Below are positions 1-13,790 of a DNA stretch of 64,000 nucleotides, one piece after another (the stretch's first letter is position 1; each line of letters opens with the position of its first letter). Origin of the DNA: Octopus sinensis (taxonomy: Eukaryota). The stretch spans positions 2,480,001-2,544,000 of the forward strand of contig NC_043026.1 in the NCBI RefSeq assembly GCF_006345805.1. Direction: 5' to 3'. Under the pieces are notes generated by a model, which saw only the letters and a program-made list of their open reading frames with translations, made no database searches and had not been told where the DNA came from. A program made the translations under genes and the position numbers.

Positions 1-178
1 GTTTATGGAAGACTACATTATCCTTTCTTCTTAAACAGTTAGATGCCATTTTAGGGAAGCTTGGCTGTTGTTTCTTTTTCAGCAGACTGAGTGATTAAAT
101 AAAACTTCATGTACAAGTGTTAAGGGTGTAGTGTTGTGGTTGTGTTATATCAATAACACACACACACACACACGCATT

Positions 179-215
<37 letters not shown>

Positions 216-1279
216 ACTCATACACTTATGTATGCACATACACACACATAGGCACACACACATACACACATAACATACACACATACACACATGCACATAC
301 ACACATGCCCACACACATGCACACATAACATACACATGCACACACACACACACACACACAAGCACACACACACACACACAGAGGTTGAGTTCTGAGATGA
401 GAAGTTAAGCCAGCCCTCTTCCTTCCAATCAATTCATCACAACACATTTTTTTCTCTCCCCATTTTTTCCCCTCTCAATCCTTCTTGTGGAAGAGCAGAG
501 GCACAAAACATCAAAGACATTTTCAGTCTTCCTGGGCATCAAACTAATACACCTGATTGCTGTTCCTTCACCTGTCTTTGTCTTTTGCTTTCTATAAATT
601 TGAACCACACACACATACTCTCTCACTCTCTCTCTCTCTATTTCACCCTCGCCCTCCTTCCCTTCTCCATCTCCTTCCCTATCTCTCTCTCCCTCGCTCT
701 TTCTCCCCCCTCTCTCTGTGCCACATAAAAAACATCCAGGCCTCACTGTGAAGTGGTTGGCATTTGGAAGGGCATCCAGCTGAAAATCCATGTCAAAAAT
801 ACCTCACCTGTACTGGTGCCATGTAAAGAACTTTCAGTTCACTCTATGCCATAAAAACCCTGCCAAAACAGACACAGTAGCCTGGTGTAGTCTTCTGCCT
901 GGTTGGTTCCTGTCAAACCATTCAACCCATATCAGCATGGAAGACAGATGTTAAATGATGATGATGATATATATATACACACACATAGATAGATAGATTT
1001 TTTTAGGAAGTTGATTGTTATGGCTGGTCAGAGGGTAACCATTGGTTTCACACCTATAAAGTGCTTGGCTGTATAGGTGACTCGTCACACTCAAATGGCT
1101 GAAGGCACATAGTCTTTGTAGAACCGGAGGAAGGAAGACATCATGGTCAGTTAGGTTTGTAAACAAAAAACATACAACTAAAAAGGCCATGCAGTAGGTG
1201 TTTTCAGACAGGACAGGGTTATACCAGTTACATCAGTTCCAATCGTTGTGATATTCAAAGTTGTTGTTGTGGCTCAATT

Positions 1280-1590
1280 TGGTGAATGAGGAATTCCATG
1301 CTTGTAACAGAAAATGTGTCAGATGAGAACGTTGACTAAATACCTCTTTCCTGGAGTTTAAAAAGGCTCCAGGTTGAGTAAGTTTTTTGTAGGATTCTTG
1401 CTCTCTCTCTGCCAAGCAAAGCTGACATCATTTGCTCCCATTTATATATGTCCCCGGTTCAAGGAACTTCCATTTTATTATGTGTAGGGTGCCCTCTTCT
1501 AAGCCCCATATGTGGCTGGCCAGGGGCATGATGTTGCACCTGTATTACTGCTCTGATGTTTTATAGTGCTTCTTTTATGGATATATGAAC
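1280..1590 (-). mobile_element. Degraded Penelope-like GIY-YIG C-terminal fragment
   Basis: PLASHIWGL..IKWKFL....YINGSK*CQLCLAERE...FLNSRKEVFSQRSHLTHFLLQAW aligns by eye with the end of the 15555 ORF (LSNHIWSL..IQWKIL..YTNGSGRCGLC.MER..LNTRTELFGSCPHVTKFLL). Confidence 0.75.
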
Positions 1591-1694
1591 TACTGATGAT
1601 AGATAAGGGTTAGGGTTACATACAGACATACATACATGCACACACATACACACACACTCACACACACACACACACACACAGACACACACACACA

Positions 1695-1735
<41 letters not shown>

Positions 1736-2037
1736 AAAAATAGCAAAAGATTAAAGGGCAATATTTTTTGTTTCCTATAAAAAAAAATTTTTTTATTCAT
1801 TTCAGTTTTAATATAAATAAAAAGAAAAAAAATCGTTTTTTCTTATTCTTGTTGTTGTTGTTGGCTGTTGTCTGTTATTAAAATGAAAATAAAAACAAAG
1901 TTCAATATGAATAATAAAAACTCTTTCAACTGTTCAGCTGTTGTCATAATTATTGTTGTTGTTGTTGTTCTTTAGTCAGTTGGTCATCTCTGATCTGGGA
2001 GGACTCTAATGAAGGCCTCCGACTTATGACTCTCCCT

Positions 2038-2454
2038 TACTCTCTTACTCTTTTACTTGTTTCAGTCAGATGACTGCGGCCATGCTGGAGCACCGCCTTT
2101 AGTCGAGCAACTCGACCCCGGGACTTATTCTTTGTAAGCCCAGTACTTATTCTATCGGTCTTTTTTGCCGAACCGCTAAGTGACGGGGACGTAAACACAC
2201 CAGCATCGGTTGTCAAGCAATGCTAGGGGGACAAACACAGACACACAAACATACACGCACACACACATACAAACATAACGATATATACATATATACGACG
2301 GGCTTCTTTCAGTTTCCGTCTACCAAATCCACTCACAAGGCTTTGGTCAGCTCGAGGCTATAGTAGAAGACACTTGCCCAAGGTGCCACGCAGTGGGACT
2401 GAACCCAGAACCATGAGGTTGGTAAGCAAGCTACTTACCACACAGCCACTCCTG
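2038..2454 (-). mobile_element. tRNA-derived SINE, family 1
   Basis: Head with A box tggctgtgtgg and B box ggttcagtccc, internal (TA/TG)n, tail aaacaagtaaaagagt. At least 15 copies in the window. Confidence 0.9.
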
Positions 2455-2747
2455 ACTGTTTCAGTTTATTTTCAGATTTGATTAATCCAGTACAACATTA
2501 ATATATAATGAACTTAGTTAATTTTTTGGCTCAAAAATCAAAGAGCAAGGCCATGTAGGGGGACATGAAGTTATGTACAGGGTGGTGTTCATGTAAAGAG
2601 TTCAGGCCACTTGTGGTCAAGGGAGACTTTGAACCGAGCGGTCGTCGGCATCTTCACCATCTCGTCCGGCAGCTTACTTGTTGTATACAGTGCTCAGGTG
2701 CTGCACTACAACTCATCAGTAAAAGTAAACAAAACTGCAAGAACAGT

Positions 2748-3152
2748 GCATAGTAGCTTGCTAACCAACCACATGGTTCTGGGTTCAGTCCCACTGCGTG
2801 GCATCTTGGGCAAGTGTCTTCTGCTATAGCCCCGGGCCGACCAATGCCTTGTGAGTGGATTTGGTAGACGGAAACTGAAAGAAGCCTGTCGTATATATGT
2901 ATATATATATACATATATATATATATATGTATGTGTGTGTGTATGCTTGTGTGTCTGTGTTTGTCCCCCTAGCATTGCTTGACAACCGATGCTGGTGTGT
3001 TTGCATCCCCGTCACTTAGCAGTTCGGCAAAAGAGACCGATAGAATAAGTACTGGGCTTACAAAGAATAAGTTCCAGGGTCGATTTGCTCGACTAAAGGC
3101 GGTGCTCCAGCATGGCCGCAGTCAAATGACTGAAACAAGTAAAAGAGTAAAA
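2748..3152 (+). mobile_element. SINE family 1 (inverted relative to the 2038 copy)
   Basis: Same consensus, 5' end clipped. Confidence 0.88.
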
Positions 3153-3209
3153 TAGTAGGAAGTGAAGAGTGAATAGGTCTTTAAAAAAAACTGGGGAGTC
3201 AATGGCCTT

Positions 3210-3440
3210 AGGTATTCTGTTAGTGAATTTCAGGAAACATGGAAATTTTGAAGGATGTAGTGTCTCGGCAGCCAACAACTGATGTGGGTAGTTTATTCCA
3301 TGCTTCGGCAATTATGAATGTGATAAATGTTCCCCAAAGGTCATTGGAACTGTGTTGTTGTTTTGATTTCGTAGCATGTCCATGAGAGATAGACACATGG
3401 AATTCAAAAAGATGCCCAAGGTTGTTGGAAAGATTATCAA
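3210..3440 (-). mobile_element. Older copy of the same CR1 3' fragment
   Basis: IAEAWNKLPTSVVGCRDTTSFK. Confidence 0.7.
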
Positions 3441-3734
3441 ATGTGTTTCATCTATTCTAAGACAGCAAAGAGTGATTTTGGGAGGAATTTAGCTGCTATT
3501 TCTAGTGGACTGATCAACCACGTAGAGGTTCTCAGATATTCAGAAAGCAAGAAAGAGAGAGAGAGAGAGTATGTGTCAATGTGTTTATTATTACTAATAC
3601 CATTTTGTGCTGTACTGTACTGCAGAGGTCCCCAACCATGGGCTATGGGTCACTTGCATCCATGGGCCATGGATCATTTGGTACTGGGCTGCACAGAAAG
3701 AATAAATTTTAAAATATTATTTCTATTTTATTGA

Positions 3735-4150
3735 CAGGAATGGCTGTGTGATAAGAAGCTTGCTTCCCAACCACATGATTCTGAGTTCCATTCCACTGCA
3801 TGGCACATTGGGCAAGTGTCTTCTACTATAGCCTCTGGCCAACCAAAGCCTTGTCAGTGGATTTGGTAGACAGAAACTGAAAGAAGCCCAGTGTATATAG
3901 ATAGACAGATAGATAGATATGTATATATATCTGTGTGTGTGTCTATGTTTGTCCTCCTGCCATCACTTGACAACCGATGCTGGTGTGTTTACATCCCTAT
4001 AACTTAGCCATTCAGCCAAAGAGACTGATAGAATAAGTACTAGGCTTATAAAGAATAAGTCTTGGGTTCGATTTCTTCAGCTAAAACCCTTTGAAGCAGT
4101 ACTCCAGCATGGCCACAGTCAAATGACTGAAACAAGTAAGAGAATAAAAG
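3735..4150 (+). mobile_element. SINE family 1
   Basis: Same consensus. Confidence 0.85.
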
Positions 4151-4612
4151 AACCGAACAACCACAGTGTGTGGAGTGTTACATTTTGGAAAGTCCCCACT
4201 TCTGCCATTGCCTGTGACTTGTCTAAATCTCAGTTTTTTCCTCAACTGATAAATTGAGCCAACAAGTTAACTGTGACAATCTAACAACACTGCTACATTT
4301 CTTTATATATATTACAATGTAATGATTGTAGAGACAAAGAGCATAATATACAATGTCATAATTACGTTGGCAATTAATATATGTAGTAATTAAGGTGGTG
4401 AGTTGGTAGAATTGATAGAATGCCAAGCAAAATGCTTAGCAGTGTTTTGTCTGTCTTTACATTCTGAGTTCAAATTCCACCAAGGTCAACTTTAACTTTC
4501 ATCGTCATGAGGTCAATAAAGTCAATACCAGTCATTAGACTGGGCTCGATGTAACTGACTCATCTCCTTCCCTGAAGTTTCTGGCCAAGTGCCAGAATTT
4601 AAAACCAATATA

Positions 4613-4843
4613 TTACTCTTCACTCTTTTACTTGTTTCAGTCATTTGACTGAGGCCATGCTGGAGCACCACCTTAAGTCGAGCAAATCGACCCCAGGACT
4701 TATTCTTTGTAAGCCTAATATTTATTCTATCGGTCACTTTTACCGAACCGCTAAGTTACGGGGACGTAAACACACCAGCATCGGTTGTCAAGCGGTGTTG
4801 GTCGGACAAACACAGACACACAAACATACACACACATATACAT

Positions 4844-4909
<66 letters not shown>

Positions 4910-5061
4910 GAATGGCTTCTTTCAGTTTCCGTCTACCAAATCCACTAGGCTTTGGTCGGCCCGAGGCTATGGTAGAAGACACTTGTCCAAGGTGCCATGC
5001 AGTAGGACTGAACCCGGAACCGTGTGGTTGGTAAGCAAGCTACTTACCACACATCCACTCC
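4613..5061 (-). mobile_element. SINE family 1
   Basis: Same consensus. Confidence 0.87.
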
Positions 5062-5344
5062 AATATGTCATTATTAAATTATGTATTATATGTGTTTTAT
5101 GTGCATGGTCTCCCAGACAGGAAAACAATTTTCTTGCATGAATCCAGTTCATACTGCAAAAATTGTTGGGGATTACTGCTCCACTGCACTGCATACCATC
5201 CTTGGATGGCATTTAGTGGCATACCAGGGGTTTTTTCTATGAGATAAGGTTGCTGGCCACTCATTCAATCATTCTATATTTCTGGAGAAAGGGATACGAT
5301 TAGTGGTCTCCCACAGCCTTTCTCACAGGGCAATATATAAGGTA

Positions 5345-5703
5345 TATGTATGCCTGTCTTTGTGGTAAGAAGCTTGTTTTCCAACCAAATGGTTCTGGTT
5401 TCAATTCCACTGCATGGCACCTTGGACATATCTCTTCTCCTATTGCCTTGAATCGACCAAAGCCTTGTGAGTGGATTTGGTAGACAGAAACAGAAAGAAG
5501 CTCATCATATGTGTGTGTGTGTGTGTGTGTCTTTGTGTCTGTGTTTGTCCCTCACTAACAGTTCGGCAAAAGAGACTGATAGAATAAGTACCAAGTTGAA
5601 AAATAAATAAGTCCTGGGGGCGGGGATTGATTCATTTGACTAAAAATTCTTCACGGTGGTGCCCCAGCATGGCCACATTCTAATGACTGAAACAAATAAA
5701 AGA
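5345..5703 (+). mobile_element. SINE family 1, diverged
   Basis: Same consensus with an internal deletion. Confidence 0.78.
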
Positions 5704-7744
5704 ATATATATGTATATTCTTTTATTTTTTAGTCATTAGACTGTGGCCATGCTGGGGCACCACCTTAAAGGGTTTGGTCAAACAAATTGATCCCAGTGCT
5801 AATTTTTAAGCCTGGTATTTATTTTAGCAGTCTCTTTTAGCCAAACCGCTAAGTCATGGGGATATAAACAAACCAACACCACTTGGTCAAACTGGGGCAA
5901 GGGAAGTGGGGGGGGGGCTACCATTATGATTGCATTTAAGACAAAAATCCAAAGATATTTTTTTTACATTTGTTACTTTTCATTGAATATTTATATTTTA
6001 AACGAAAATAGGTTTGGGAGTAATAAATTGGTTTTGAAACATGATTCAACTTCAATGTAGTCTACCAACATAAACAGTTTTACTTCAACTGACTTAGATG
6101 TAGTATCCATCCATGACCCTCTTTCAGGGCTTCCAACCCTAAAGGGAGGAAATAATTGTCTGACCCCAGCATCTGACTTAAATGCTTGCAAGAGAGAAGA
6201 TTCTTATAGAAGCATCCAAAGTACCTCACATTGGGCTTGAAACCCAATCAATGTAATAATGAACTGGGCCGGTGCTAGGAAGTGCAGGACCCATTTAGAA
6301 AATTGTTATTGGGCACCCCCTCTATTCTACAAAAGCTAAAGATCAATGTTTTATGCTTTGTGTAGTATGCCAAACCTAACCAAAAAATGTTAAGGGCTTA
6401 AGACCCCACCATTAGCCATAATGATTTACTAAAAATTGAAAGCTCATATGAAAGTTTTAATGTTTTATTACAAGTCAAGATAAGAAAATTGTATTGAATT
6501 TGTAAATGTTTCAAAGATACAATTTCAAGTTCTCAAGTCGTGTTTTACTGAAGAGTCTAGGATAAGGGTGAAATAGCACTATCTACAACTACAGGAATGT
6601 CTAATAAAGGGATTTTATGGGAAAATGGAAGCACTCTATTTGTTGTTGTTTGTTCCTTCTTGAGCCATGCCTGGCTCATAAGGGCCAGTTTCCCAGTTTC
6701 ATTGGATGGGACACTGGTCCGTCACAGGTGAGCTGCTACATGCAGGAGGAAAAAGTAAGAGAAAGTTGTGACGAAAGAGTCAACAGAAGTTCACCATTAC
6801 CTTCTCCTGGAGCCACATGGAGCTTAGGTGTTTCACTCATAAACACACACATTGCCTGGTTTGAGATTCGAACCTACGATCCCTTGACCACAACTCTGCT
6901 GCTCTGACCACTAGGCCATGTGCCTCCACCAAACAACCTATACTCTTTCCCTAATAGGAAAAAGACCTCTCAAGACAAAGAAAAAGCACACACACACAAA
7001 GAAAGAGATAAGATACAAACCCTAAAACATTTCTCCCTCCTTAAGGAGAATTCTCATGCTCTCTGTCCCCTTACAGCAATCTCTCTCTCTCTTTCTATGG
7101 TCATCAGGCAAGTCACCCTGTGTTTGTGAAGAGGCCTTCTATAAACATACATTTCTGGCTGTCAAAGGGTTTTAGTTCACCAAAGCATCTTCTGCTCAAA
7201 GCCCAGTTTGAACAAACCTCTCCAATTGGCTTAAAACCAGCCTTAGTCGTGAATTCCTTAACCATACAGCCATATCAGTGGCCAGGTTTTATTGTCAAAT
7301 CATGGAAACTCTTCACCTCACCTGCAATTGTAAGAAACACCTGCCAAATCCCCCTCACATCACTGACTGCCTGAGAGTCGGGAAGGACACATTGGTCAAT
7401 GTAGTCCTCGAAAGACTTGGCATAATCACATTGGAATGCTGGTGCTAAGCTGGCAGAATCATTCATCATCATTGTTCGACCGTGATCGAGACAATGGAAT
7501 TTACCATGCTACGCCAGACTTCAAGGTCCATCATAGCATTACGGAGGTCCTGTTGCTGGATGCCATCCTATTGGAGCAAGAAGACCACAGATGACAAAGT
7601 AAACAGCGTAAGATGAAAGATTTTGCGATTCCCTGTGATAGCAGAATCGATGCCAAAGAAATGGTAAAACATTGAGAAATACGAGGAAAGAGCTGGAGAG
7701 GTGGGGAGAGTGTGGAAGACCAACACAATAATTATTCCTCATCC

Positions 7745-7932
7745 TCATTGTTCGACCGTAGTCGAGACAATGGAATTTACTATGTTGCGCCAGACCTCAC
7801 GGTCCATCATGGCATTACGGAGGTCCTGTTGCTGGATGCCTGTATCCCTGGAGATTACATCAGGGTAGGAGAGTGTGCGCCCTCTGGTATTGCGAGCAGA
7901 TGGCTTCCAGAGGAGGAGAGTAGAGTACCATA
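7745..7932 (-). mobile_element. 3' end of a second RTE-like LINE family (copies also at 7462-7567 and 49323-49482)
   Basis: LLLWKPSARNTRGRTLSYPDVISRDTG...AMMDREVWR; near-identical copies ending in (GAT)n. Confidence 0.72.
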
Positions 7933-8348
7933 GCATGCTAGGCAAAAGGCTTAGCAGCATTTCGTCTGTCTCTAAGTTCAAATTCCACTGAGGTTCACTT
8001 TGCCTTTCATCCTTTTGGGGTCGATGTGATTAACAAGACCCTCCCCTAAAAAAATTTCAAGTCTTGTGTCTGTTGTAGATAGGATTATAGACCTGCTCAT
8101 ATGAGGTTGACCTGATTCTTTTATTCTTTTACATGTTTCAGTCATTTGACTATGGCCATGCTGGAGCACCACCTTAAAGAGTTTTAGTCAAAGAAATTGA
8201 GCCCAGGACTAATTCTTTGTCAGTCTAGTACTTATTCTATCAGTCTCTTTTGCCAAACTGCTTAGTTACAGGGCCATAAACATACCAGCACCAGTTGTCA
8301 AGTGGTGATAGGGGAACAAACACAGACACACACACACACAAATATATA

Positions 8349-8720
8349 GGCACAGGCATGGTTGTGTGGAAAGAAGTTTGCTTCCCAACCACATGGTTCT
8401 GGGTTCAGTCCTACTGCATGGCACCTTGGGCAAGCATCTTCTGTCCCAGGCCAACCAAAGCCTTGTGAGTGGATTTTGTAGATGGAAACTGAAGGAAGCC
8501 TGCTGTATTTATATAAATGCATTTGTGTGTGTCTGTGTTTGTCCCCCAACCATTGCTTGACGACTGATGTTTGTGTGTTTGTGTCCCTGTAACTTAGCAG
8601 TTTGGCAAAAAGTGACTGATAGAATAATTACTAGGCTTAAAAAATAACTCCTGGATCGATTTGTTCAACTAAAGACCCTTCAAGACAGTGCTCCAGCATA
8701 GCCACAGTCAAATGACTGAA
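8349..8720 (+). mobile_element. SINE family 1 (abuts a partial inverted copy at 8120-8340)
   Basis: Same consensus. Confidence 0.82.
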
Positions 8721-9140
8721 GCGAGAGAGAGAAAGAGAGTGAAAGAGAGAGAGAAAGAAATTACATAAACATACAAACAGAAAGCAAAGGAGAGAGAGAG
8801 AGAGAGAAATAGAAGACCGTTTCAACGTTTGGCATCAGATAATTAAGTGTTGGATGAGCAACAGCAAAAGAGCAGAGCCAGAAGTCGAGTTCTTCACTCA
8901 GCTGTAGAAATGATTTGTGATGATGTCACTGGTGCGAAGATGTATTGGATAACATCAGTGGCATGAAGAGAGGAGAGGCTGGTGTGCGTGGGTGACTGCT
9001 GGTCTTCCATGAACAACCTTACCCTTGACTTGTGCCTTGCAGGGGAACTTTCTAGGTGCAATTCTGGATCAAAGAGGGTCTTTCTACTTTAATAATAATA
9101 ATAGTAATAATAATAATAATAATAATAACAATAATAATAA

Positions 9141-10320
9141 GGGTGAAGATGGTGTTGAAATCCAGCCTGAATGCCAAAAACTTGATTACCGCAATGAATA
9201 TCTGGGCAGATGCGATGGTCAGATATAATGCGTCCATCCTCAAATGGACGAAGGAGGAAACATCAACACTGGATCGATGGACGAGAAAGTTGATGACACT
9301 GCATGGGGTGCTGCACCCTAAAGTAAATGTAAACAGAAAAGAAAGAATGGTGGCAGAGGACTAATTAGTAGAGACCATTGTATAAGGAGTGAAAGGAGAA
9401 CGCTTGCTGAGTATTTGATGAATAGTGATGAAGACCTGCTGCAAAATGCTGCAAAAGATATGGGTGTAAATGCAGATGAAATGATGGACAAGGAAGAGTT
9501 TAACCAAAAGGCTGAATTGAAGAGAAAAGAAGAACTTCTTGAAATGAGAAAGCAGGGACTGTTTGAAAGGAATACACAAGACGTTAAGGATAATACAGCA
9601 TCGCGGCCATGGCTTGAGCGAGGTGATGTGAAGCGTACCACCAAAAGCCTGATCATTGCTGCACAAGACCAGGCTCTCGCTACCAATTCAGTGAAGTATA
9701 ACATCGATAAAATCTTCTGACACCCAGAAATGCAGACTCTGTGGAAAGAGGGTGGAAAATGTGACCCACTTGATCAGTGGATGTGAGAGCCTTGCACGAA
9801 AAGAATACAAATGGTGCCATGATAAAGTGTGTGTGTATCTTCATTGGCTGTTGTGACGTAAATACCAATATGAAGTAACAGAGAACTGGTATGAGCATGT
9901 ACCCAGAAAAGTTATGCAGGGGGATGGGCAAGTATTCTGGGTCTCGGCCAGATATTGTCATATTGAATAAGAGAGACAAATACTGTCAGATCATTGATGT
10001 GGCCACACCAAATGACATGAATGTTGCAAGTAAAGAGGTTGCAAAAGTCACCAAATACTCTGAATTCAAAGTGGAAATGGCAAGACTGTATGGAATGCGA
10101 GAGGGTAAGGTAAAAGTGATACCAGTGGTGATCGGAGTGTTGGGATCAATCCCATTGAAACTTCAAGACTTCTTAAGGCAACTGGAAATCCCATGCAAGA
10201 TTGATTTCTTGCAAAAAGCAGCCTTATTAGGAAAAGCGCACATCTTAACAAAAGTATTATCTATCTGAGGTCCTTGTTGTGACTTGACAGATGACTAAAG
10301 ACTACACTGTGTTACAAAGG
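9141..10320 (+). mobile_element. 5'-truncated R4/Dong-clade non-LTR retrotransposon (restriction-like endonuclease) in (TAA)n
   Basis: RKLMTLHGVLHPK, IIAAQDQALATN, CRLC..H..SGC zinc knuckle, RPDIVIL..IIDVA.PND..K..KY and VIPVVIGVLG. (AAT)n on both sides. Frameshifted. Confidence 0.88.
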
Positions 10321-11064
10321 AATCATCATCATCATAATAATAACAATAATAATAACAATAATAATAAAAATAATAATAATAATAAGAAGAAGAAGAAGAA
10401 GAACAACAACAACAATGACAACAAAAGACGTGTGGTTTATAATAAAGTTGTGTCATTTTATTTACTTCAAAAATATGAGATTTTGGTACTTGACAATCTT
10501 CTGTTAAAGAATTATAAATTTTGAGACTCCTTCATTTCCCATTTTTTTCTGTATTTATAAGGACGGCTTTTCAATTATATATCACCAACTAAGGCACTGT
10601 GAAAGAGAATACAAAAAAATAGCATTTTCTATACGTATGTATATATACACACATGTATATAGACAAACACACACACATATATATATACACACACACACAC
10701 ACACATATATCTATACACACACATATATACACATACATATATATGTGTGTATGTACATATGTATTTTTGTATATGTGTGTGTGTGTGTGTGTATACTTTA
10801 TTTGTGTATTAAGGCTACCATTGGTTTCTTGTGAAAAAAAATCTCAACAATTTTCCGAGCCAGTCACGTGGAAAAATTGGTGCTTTAATCCATTGTGGAT
10901 TAGAACTTAATCAGCATGAATAGTTGTTGAGGTTTCCCTTTGCATGAAACCAACGGTAGACTTAATACAAAAATCTTTATCCACCAATGTGGTGTTGAAC
11001 ACTCATTCCCATTGTTCAATACACACATACACACACACACACATATATATATATATGTATATAT

Positions 11065-12340
11065 ACACAGACATGCAGAAAGTAAATAGACACCTTGAAT
11101 TTTCAAGATTTCTGATCTAAGAGTCTTAACAAGTCTTCAGTGGTATAGAATTTGTAATGTAATTATTCATTGTCATTCCTGGTTCCATTATATTAAACAT
11201 TTCCAAAGAGTAACCATGCCACACACAAAATTTCAGCAGAACTGTCAGATTTTCAAAGAGGTCGTATTGTTGGGCAATCTGAGGCTGGTCTTCGCTAGTG
11301 AAAAAATTGCTGAAAATCTTCCAATTCTTCTTGCTACTCTTAATAGAATTATAGTGCAATTCAAAAGCCAAGGGAAAGAATCAACAGATTCTCGTCCTGG
11401 CCGACCTGGGCCCTTGGAAAAGAAGCTTTGCTGTTTGAAGAGAATTGTGGAAAATGAACCCCGTTTGAAGGCTTCTGGCATTGCAAGACAGCTAGAAGTT
11501 AAACCAAGAATGTGTGTTACATATCTGCATAAGCTTGGGTATTATGGATGATCAGCTAGAAGAAAATCTCTCCTTCAACCAATTAATATGATGAAGAGAA
11601 AGAAATGGGCTAAGGAGATGCCAGAAAAATCCAGTTCATTTTGGGATAGAGTGATTTTCTCAGATGAATCCAGATTTGCATTATTTTCAGACAGCGGACG
11701 TGTTTGTGTCTGGAGGCTTCCCAACTAAGAATTCGATTTGAAACGACTCCAACCGATGGTGAAACATGGTGGTATCTCTGTAATGGTATGGGGGGGGGGG
11801 CTGTCACCAGCAATGGTTGTTCTGAGCTGATCGAATGTGTTGGAACCATAAACTCTGAAAAATACATCGAAATACTTAAGCAAGGAGTACTTCCGATGTA
11901 TTCACATGATAACATACCGAAAAATGTGTTTATATTCATGGAAGATGGGGCTCCATGCCACACAGCGAAACGGAATCAACAATGGTTGACTGAAAATGGG
12001 ATCAAAAGGCTTCCTTGGCCGAGCCAATCTCCTGACATGAACCCAATTGAAAATCTTTGGAGCATACTAGATAGAAGCTATACGAAAAACTCGACAGAAA
12101 CCTAAATCTAAAGATGTTTCGATTGTTGTGTGAAAAGTGGGCAGGAATTCCACAAGAGACAATCACAAAGCTCATCAGTTCAATGCCAAAAAGAGTTTCT
12201 GAATTAAAAACTGCTGAGGGAATGTCAACTAAATACCAAAGTATGTAGTCCTACCTATCGATTACATTTCAATTGTTTGCTTTGCGTATTAATTAAAGAT
12301 TTTGATAATTAAAGGTGTCTACTTCCTGCATGTGTGTGTG
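11065..12340 (+). mobile_element. Tc1-family DNA transposon, degraded
   Basis: VIFSDES, FMEDGAPCH and WPSQSPDMNPIENLW motifs. Imperfect TIRs acatgcagaaagt..agacacctt (11071) and aaggtgtctacttcctgcatgt (12312-12333). Confidence 0.92.
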
Positions 12341-12525
12341 TATATAAATATAAATGTATGTATGTGTGTATATGCATCTATACAGACACACACACATACA
12401 TACATACAAACACACCTCACATCCCTTCATTGTGTCCCGGCAGTAAGTCACGTTAAAAAATTACAAACTTCAAAAATGGTTCAGTTTGAGAAGACGGTAG
12501 AAAAGGCTGCATGAGTGAGGCTCTG

Positions 12526-12660
12526 CTACTTAAAGGTGAGCCACTTCTTGGGATTTTCAATCAATATTTTGTTGATGACATCTTCACTGATCTGCCTGGT
12601 TTTCATCATTGGGACTATGTTCAGGAGGATGTGGGAAAATCCATGACCACCATACTTCAT
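12526..12660 (-). CDS. PTER: PTER terminal coding exon
   Basis: atttcag|ATG AAG TAT GGT GGT CAT... Translates [44 protein letters not shown] then TAG, the typical PTER C-terminus. Phase 0 joins the 25774 exon across a 13.1 kb intron. Confidence 0.96.
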   Translation of the reverse strand: MKYGGHGFSHILLNIVPMMKTRQISEDVINKILIENPKKWLTFK

Positions 12661-13212
12661 CTGAAATGATAACAAAACACATATTTATAGAGAGACAGAG
12701 GGAGAGGTTTATATATGTAAGTTTATGTGTGTATGTTATTGCATGTGTGTGTGTGTGTGTGTTCAACAAATAACATCCTAAATATTAGGGATGAAACCTT
12801 CTCTCTCTGCACACATAAGCAATAATTCACACTTAAACACTTCAAAAAGGAACCACCACCCACACCGTTAACCCCACCAAGACTGTTTCTTTCCATGAAC
12901 GTGAACATTGAATATATATACAACACACAAACTCCACACACAGAAGACACATGCCCCCATGACGACCGACCTCAGCACACAGATATATGAACATCATATA
13001 CCTAGAATATAATATAATATATAAAGCAAACGAATTTACCACCCAACATGATTGTTTCCCACCAAAAGTCACATTCGAGGGAGATAACCACTCAAAAGAG
13101 TATAGCGACCCTTGATTTATTGTTTTCTATACGAGACATTCTGTGAATACATGAGACTTTGTGTTTTCATCCAAAATAGAGATAGAGATGAATACCATTC
13201 TTCCATGTGATC

Positions 13213-13270
13213 AGCCCGAAAAATTGTTAAGATAGTAAGATATTTTCTTAACATGAAACCAATGGTAACC
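13213..13270 (+). ncRNA. Degenerate hammerhead-like motif (related copy 10813-10861, -, inside the inverted repeat 10801-10973)
   Basis: CCGAAAA..uguuaaga...ucuuaaca u GAAAC caaug GUA. The core is damaged. Confidence 0.4.
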
Positions 13271-13379
13271 TTAATACACAAATACAGAAATTTTATCCAC
13301 CAATTTCAGCACTTATTCTCATTGTTCAACATTTACATGTATGTATGCATATGTACACACACATATTTTTTAATATATT

Positions 13380-13742
13380 TCATCTGTTACAGGTATTTGA
13401 TTGTGGCCATGCTGGGGCACCACCTTGAACTTTTTTAGCCAAATGAATCGACCTCAGTACACTTATATTTTTTTTTAGCATGGTACTTATTCTAACAGTC
13501 TTTTTTTGCCAAACCGCTAAGTTATGGGAGTGTAAAGAAACCAACACAAGTTGTCAAGAGGCAGTGGGGGACAAACACAGACACAAAACAAAGATACACA
13601 CACACACATTCATATATATATGATGGGCTTCTTGTAGTTTCCATCTACTAAATTCACAAGCAAAGCATTGGTCAGCCAGAGGTTGTAGTAGAACCCTGAA
13701 CCCAGAACCATGTGGTTGGGAAGCAAACTTCTTACCACACAG

Positions 13743-13743
<1 letters not shown>
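13380..13743 (-). mobile_element. SINE family 1, diverged
   Basis: Same consensus. Confidence 0.78.

Positions 13744-13790
<47 letters not shown>

Noticed and set aside
131-447. HT/CV/YI-rich ORFs here and throughout, including 17434-18363 (309 aa) and 57292-58011
   Set aside because: They are translations of (CA)n and (TA)n microsatellites and SINEs, which lack stops in some frames.
1606-1618. TTAGGG-like units next to a PLE fragment
   Set aside because: Only about two units, too short to claim telomeric addition.
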